Source: Patescibacteria group bacterium (lineage in GTDB: Bacteria; Patescibacteriota; Minisyncoccia; Phycocordibacterales; PALSA-1337). Taken from it: a stretch of 64,000 bases of DNA. Below the pieces are notes generated by a model. The model had not been told where the DNA came from. It made no database searches and saw nothing but the letters and a program-made list of their open reading frames with translations. The stretch is from positions 50,647 through 114,646 of the forward strand of contig JBBTRB010000002.1 of assembly GCA_038065395.1 (NCBI GenBank), written 5' to 3'. Of the stretch, positions 60,202 to 64,000 are shown in pieces. Position 1 is the first letter of the stretch. Each line of letters opens with the position of its first letter. The position numbers and the translations under genes are program-made.

Positions 60202-60229
60202 GTCATCCCCGCGCAGGCGGGGATCTGCG
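60202..60229. repeat. hairpin repeat copy 5
   Basis: gtcatccccgcgcaggcggggatctgcg, 10 nt upstream of the clpP start. 32/34 identical to copy 2 including flanks. Confidence 0.8.
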
Positions 60230-60344
60230 GTCTGGATAATTAAAATAAAAAGGTGAAGCTACGTGCTGAATATAACATGAATGCACACCTCTAGTAATTG
60301 ACACAATATATACTATATGGTACTTTTTTGCAAGAGGTTTATAT

Positions 60345-60722
60345 ATGGAACGTCCAATTCGAAAAGCTAGCAGCAGTAATGATAGTCCTACAAACAATTC
60401 GGAGAGTGCTAGAGTTTTTTATGGAATACAAGCAAAACTCAAGCTTCATAAAAGAGGTACTCACGAAAGCAGAGAAGCTCGGCGTAGAGAAGCCTTGAGG
60501 CTTGAACATCTCGAATACTTGAAGTTGATAAGTAACGAGAGGTGCGACACGAGCCAGGAACACCCTTTTGTACTCATCAACTACCGCAATGGAAACAAGA
60601 GGATTCTGTATCAGATGTTAACTCATCAGCAAACTCGGGAGAGAAATAAATTCCTAGCTGGTACGGGAAAAGCTTGGGCAAAGATAGATCCAAGCAAATT
60701 CCCGAAGCATGCACTCAGATAG
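60345..60722 (+). CDS. hypothetical protein (R/E-rich)
   Basis: 125-aa ORF with a canonical terminator downstream. Lower-GC region. Confidence 0.4.
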   Translation: MERPIRKASSSNDSPTNNSESARVFYGIQAKLKLHKRGTHESREARRREALRLEHLEYLKLISNERCDTSQEHPFVLINYRNGNKRILYQMLTHQQTRERNKFLAGTGKAWAKIDPSKFPKHALR

Positions 60723-60740
60723 GGTTCCTCCGCCCTCAAA

Positions 60741-60766
60741 CGACCACTCACCTGGTCGCTTTTTTA
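60741..60766 (+). terminator. rho-independent terminator
   Basis: cgaccactcacctggtcg followed by ctttttt. Confidence 0.55.
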
Positions 60767-60776
60767 TATGAATACA

Positions 60777-61601
60777 TTATTCATGATTGATTTTTTCGAT
60801 GATATTCTTAATGTATTCTTCTTGATTAACTTTCCTTCCATATCCTCGCGCAAGATCAAAAAGTTCCTTCAGAAAATGAAGCATGTCTTTATTCTTTATC
60901 TCCAAAGCAACTTCGTCCTTCCAATTGATAAGAAAGGCCACATCTCTGAACATCATCAATTCAGTTTCCGCATTTAAATACTCGTTCGATACGAATACCA
61001 TGTCGGTAGTACGACCGATGAAGCTTTTCAGAATCTCCTCTTTTTGAACAGGATCCTTCACAAGCGAGGTGAGTGTCGGATAGTAGTCCTCCCGAAGCAG
61101 ACCTTCCACGATAATCTTATTATTGCGAATACTGTCTTGTATCGGCTGAAGATTCTTCCAAGAAATGCCCCTGAGAACATTTTTTAATGAAGCTGTTGGC
61201 TGAATACCGATCAACCTCTCATCCTTGTGACCCTGGGCAATTCTTTCAAAAATAGAAAAAAGGCTCGGTAGACCACGCAAAACTGCAAAGCCTGTTGAAT
61301 CATCGTGAGTTATTTCGACTCGCTCTTCTGAGTCATGTGCCAGCTTTGCAGTAGAAATAAGTATATCCGATAGCTCTTTGTCTGATATTCGAAGCCAAAA
61401 CCGTCTTTTCCCCTTTATTTTTGAATAGATGATACCTCGGGACTTGAGGGCAGCTAATGCCAAATAGGCACTCATCCGTGGTATTTTGGCCTTTTTTGAA
61501 GTGTCGCTTACAGAAAATGGCTCTTTGGTGTCTAAGACAGTAAAAATTTTCTCTTCATGAGAAGTTAGATTTAAGAGCTTTGATATGTTTTCCATGACCA
61601 A
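60777..61601 (-). CDS. winged-HTH (TrmB/MarR-like N-terminus) putative transcriptional regulator
   Basis: The N-terminal 70 aa read as a wHTH (EKIFTVLDTKEPFSVSDTSKKAKIPRMSAYLALAALKSRGIIY). The remaining 200 aa are unassigned. Divergent from the radical SAM gene. Confidence 0.5.
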   Translation of the reverse strand: MVMENISKLLNLTSHEEKIFTVLDTKEPFSVSDTSKKAKIPRMSAYLALAALKSRGIIYSKIKGKRRFWLRISDKELSDILISTAKLAHDSEERVEITHDDSTGFAVLRGLPSLFSIFERIAQGHKDERLIGIQPTASLKNVLRGISWKNLQPIQDSIRNNKIIVEGLLREDYYPTLTSLVKDPVQKEEILKSFIGRTTDMVFVSNEYLNAETELMMFRDVAFLINWKDEVALEIKNKDMLHFLKELFDLARGYGRKVNQEEYIKNIIEKINHE

Positions 61602-61749
61602 ATCATATCAAATGACAATAAAACTAGCAAACTGTATGTACGTAATATGGCTCTATATAATAATAAAATAGATAAAATGTAGCTTTGAGTGAAAAAAGTA
61701 TTTAAATATTTCTTTATAACATATTCTTTGATCAGTAAAGATCTTTACA

Positions 61750-62709
61750 ATGAAACCAATAGAAAAATGGCTCAACCAAAGCCTCACCAAAATAGAACCA
61801 ATGCGAATCATCGCTACCACAGAAGCTCGGTGTAACCTTGCCTGTGAACATTGCTACTGGGCTCATGATATGAGTTCGGCACCAATAAGCGACTGGCGAC
61901 CAGCGGCCAGGAAAATTGCTAACCTCGGTGTGCCTGTATTTTTTGCAGGCCGAATCCTCACTCCAAATGGAGCTTTCTTCCTGAAACACTGTATTAGTGA
62001 AGGGATCAAAGAGATTGGTATTGTCGATAATGGCTATACCATTCTCACCGAACCAAATCTACTTCCCCACTACACATCTATCAACATTTCCATTGATGGT
62101 TGGCGTGAAAAGCACGACCAACAAAGAGGAAAAGTCGGCGCCTTTGACAAGGCATGGTCTACCGTGATGGAACTCAAAAAACAAGGATACGACCCTATCA
62201 TCTCCTCTGCATTGTCTCCAATCACACTCAATGAGTGGGAAAGGTTCGAAAACCTTCTTGCAGAAAATGATGTACCAGTCAGTTCCACTTTGGTCTGGGC
62301 ACTACCCAACACCGCAAAGCGCGGCACGGCAGTCTTTGCCGAAAAGGAAATGTGTGTAGCTTTCGAGAAACTCATGGGAGGTATTCCAAAGCTCATTAAC
62401 ATTTACTCATTCGAGCATGCGCAAACACTCTGGCCAATCTTGTCACAGCTTCACTGGAACCTGGATACAGAGTTTGGTGATTGCTTGACCGCAACACTCT
62501 CTTCTGGAGTCACTATTGTATATCGTCCCGCGAGCCTGGTATCTGTTTTCGAACTTTCTTTGCAGTGGGATGGGGTTTTCTACACCCCGTTTACCTATGG
62601 CAAAGGCGTACCCGAAGACGAAGTCGACACCTCTTATCTTGAATGGGCACGTAAAACAAACACAACAGAACTTGAATTGTGGTCGTCCATTCTGAAAGGA
62701 GGTGATTAA
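61750..62709 (+). CDS. radical SAM enzyme (single N-terminal CxxxCxxC cluster; no SPASM-like C-terminal Cys cluster)
   Basis: RIIATTEARCNLACEHCYW. Glycine-rich FFAGRILT. TIM-barrel-length protein (319 aa). Confidence 0.8.
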   Translation: MKPIEKWLNQSLTKIEPMRIIATTEARCNLACEHCYWAHDMSSAPISDWRPAARKIANLGVPVFFAGRILTPNGAFFLKHCISEGIKEIGIVDNGYTILTEPNLLPHYTSINISIDGWREKHDQQRGKVGAFDKAWSTVMELKKQGYDPIISSALSPITLNEWERFENLLAENDVPVSSTLVWALPNTAKRGTAVFAEKEMCVAFEKLMGGIPKLINIYSFEHAQTLWPILSQLHWNLDTEFGDCLTATLSSGVTIVYRPASLVSVFELSLQWDGVFYTPFTYGKGVPEDEVDTSYLEWARKTNTTELELWSSILKGGD

Positions 62710-62710
62710 T

Positions 62711-62776
62711 ATGCCCGTCATTGCAGGATCCAAAGGACGCAAAACACCGCGTCCGAAACAGAAAGGTGGTGATTAG
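62711..62776 (+). CDS. short basic peptide gene 1 (MPVIAGSKGRKTPRPKQKGGD); candidate substrate peptide or small basic protein
   Basis: ATG 2 nt after the rSAM stop. Perfect SD AAAGGAGGTGAT embedded in the rSAM 3' end. Near-identical to peptide 2. Confidence 0.5.
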   Translation: MPVIAGSKGRKTPRPKQKGGD

Positions 62777-62777
62777 T

Positions 62778-62837
62778 ATGGCAGTTATTGCCGGATCGAA
62801 GGGGCGCAAGGCTCCTCGTCCAAAACGTAAGAGTTAG
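62778..62837 (+). CDS. short basic peptide gene 2 (MAVIAGSKGRKAPRPKRKS)
   Basis: ATG 2 nt after the peptide-1 stop. SD AAAGGTGGTGAT embedded in the peptide-1 3' end. Terminator follows. Confidence 0.5.
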   Translation: MAVIAGSKGRKAPRPKRKS

Positions 62838-62844
62838 TAACACA

Positions 62845-62876
62845 CCGGCTTCCACAAGGAGGCCGGTCTTTTTATT
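62845..62876 (+). terminator. rho-independent terminator
   Basis: ccggcttccacaaggaggccgg followed by tctttttattt. Confidence 0.6.
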
Positions 62877-62890
62877 TCAATGCTATTGTG

Positions 62891-62908
62891 CCTAGGACAG
62901 ACCTGAGC
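62891..62908. repeat. CCTAGG-family element (degenerate second half)
   Basis: cctaggacagacctgagc. Confidence 0.45.
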
Positions 62909-63165
62909 TACCATAACGCTAGACATCCTATATATATTATTATATGATGCTAATGTTAGTAATTTTAATTTTGATTCACTTTACGGAAGTTACGATATCG
63001 AACATATGACCACTTTACTCATTCAGCCTTACATCCTCGACATTCCCGCTCCGACAGCAATTCCCCTTTCATTTCCTGACTATTCCCCCATTCCCCTGCC
63101 AAGGCAAGTAAAACCTCATACGTCTCTTTCGCCCTAAATTCCGAGAAGCGGATCCATTCCGCATA

Positions 63166-64000
63166 TGTCCCTCAAATTAGTAGCCCTATTCCTCTCGATA
63201 GCAGGACTCGCCGGTATTACCATCGGGTATTATTTGCGCTTGATCATTTCCTTGGGCAAAAAAGGCTCAATGGAGATCGAGATCAAAGAAATGCTCCTTG
63301 CCGCCAAAGAAGAGGCCAAGAAGATCACTGTCGACGCCGAAGATCGTGCCACCAAAGCCAAAGACAACGCCCGCCAAGAGATCAAAGAGAGAGAGGACAA
63401 GATCCGTCATACCGAAGAACGCCTGATCAAGAAAGAAGACTTGCTCGACCGACGCCAGTCCGATATCGACAAAGAAGTCGAAATGATCAAGCAAAAGGTC
63501 CAAGAGATCAAGACAATCCGCGAAAAGTCCGAGCAGCTCGAGACCAAACGTCAGCAAGAACTCGAGAGGATCGCTCGTTTGTCCTCCGATGAGGCCAAAC
63601 AAGAGCTTTTTGCATTCATTGAGAAGAAACATGGTGAAGACATGCTCGTCCGTATCAATAAGCTCGAAAGTCAGGGTGAAGAGATGCTCGATCGCAAAGC
63701 ACGAGATATCTTGGCCGTATCGATCCAGCGTCTGGCTTCATCAGTAGCATCCGACGCCATGTCGACCACCGTCGAGATCCCGAGTGACGATGTCAAAGGC
63801 AAGATCATCGGCAAAGAAGGCCGCAATATCAAGGCTTTCGAACGCATGAGTGGTGTAGAAGTCATGGTTGACGATACTCCAGGTGCCATCACTATCTCAT
63901 CATTCGACCCTGTTCGACGTCATATTGCAGCTACAGCGCTCCGAGAACTGATCAAGGACGGCCGTATTCAGCCTGCCAAGATCGAACAAACCATCGAAAA
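63166..64000 (+). CDS. rny: ribonuclease Y (3'-truncated by the window end)
   Basis: N-terminal TM (LVALFLSIAGLAGITIGYYL), long coiled-coil, KH domain GKIIGKEGRNIKAFE. The HD domain would lie beyond the window. Confidence 0.8.

Noticed and set aside
26037-60229. Possible CRISPR array, suggested by the 28-nt CCCCGC...GCGGGG repeats
   Set aside because: The copies are singletons tens of kb apart, with no regularly spaced repeat-spacer structure and no cas genes in the window. I called them a dispersed repeat instead.

Overview
The window appears to come from a small-genome bacterium, tentatively CPR/Patescibacteria-like; this is inference from indirect cues only (ribosomal-protein extensions on uS10/uL23/uS19, two 'four-helix-bundle' TIGR02436-like genes, tight 4-bp overlapping operons, type IV pilus plus ComEC competence genes). 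The minus-strand backbone is the str operon followed by the S10/spc ribosomal cluster: rpsL-rpsG-fusA-tuf-rpsJ-rplC-rplD-rplW-rplB-rpsS-rplV-rpsC-rplP-rpmC-rpsQ-rplN-rplX-rplE. This normally contiguous block is interrupted three times. A four-helix-bundle gene lies between rpsG and fusA. A 4.4-kb insert with a 1200-aa PKD/peptidoglycan-binding surface protein lies between fusA and tuf. A 3-kb insert with an orphan sensor histidine kinase and two membrane/secreted proteins lies between rplB and rpsS. The cluster also stops after rplE. Other recognisable genes include an ABC-F ATPase, a HI0933-like flavoprotein, an ECF sigma/anti-sigma pair divergent from a secreted 3xFn3-repeat protein, a site-2 protease, rpmB, Fe/Mn SOD, RNase HI with a C-terminal HBD-like tail, recJ, a HIT protein, pgk-tpiA, nusA, an H+/Na+ pyrophosphatase, tig, rsmE, clpP and rny (partial). 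ComEC is split into an N-terminal channel gene and a C-terminal MBL gene by the SOD gene. A type IV pilus operon is present (pilB-pilC-4HB-three prepilin-like genes). The most unusual locus is at 60.3-62.9 kb, in a lower-GC patch. A radical SAM enzyme is followed by two translationally coupled, near-identical 19-21-aa basic peptide genes with duplicated perfect SD sequences, plus a terminator and a divergent wHTH regulator. This is a candidate uncharacterised RiPP-like or peptide-modification system. Two dispersed intergenic palindromic repeat families are also visible: a 28-nt CRISPR-repeat-like hairpin GTCATCCCCGCG-N4-CGGGGATCTGCG (5 copies, one inverted pair) and a CCTAGG-N6-8-CCTAGG element (at least 7 copies, some serving as terminator hairpins). 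I found no rRNA or tRNA genes and no CRISPR array.
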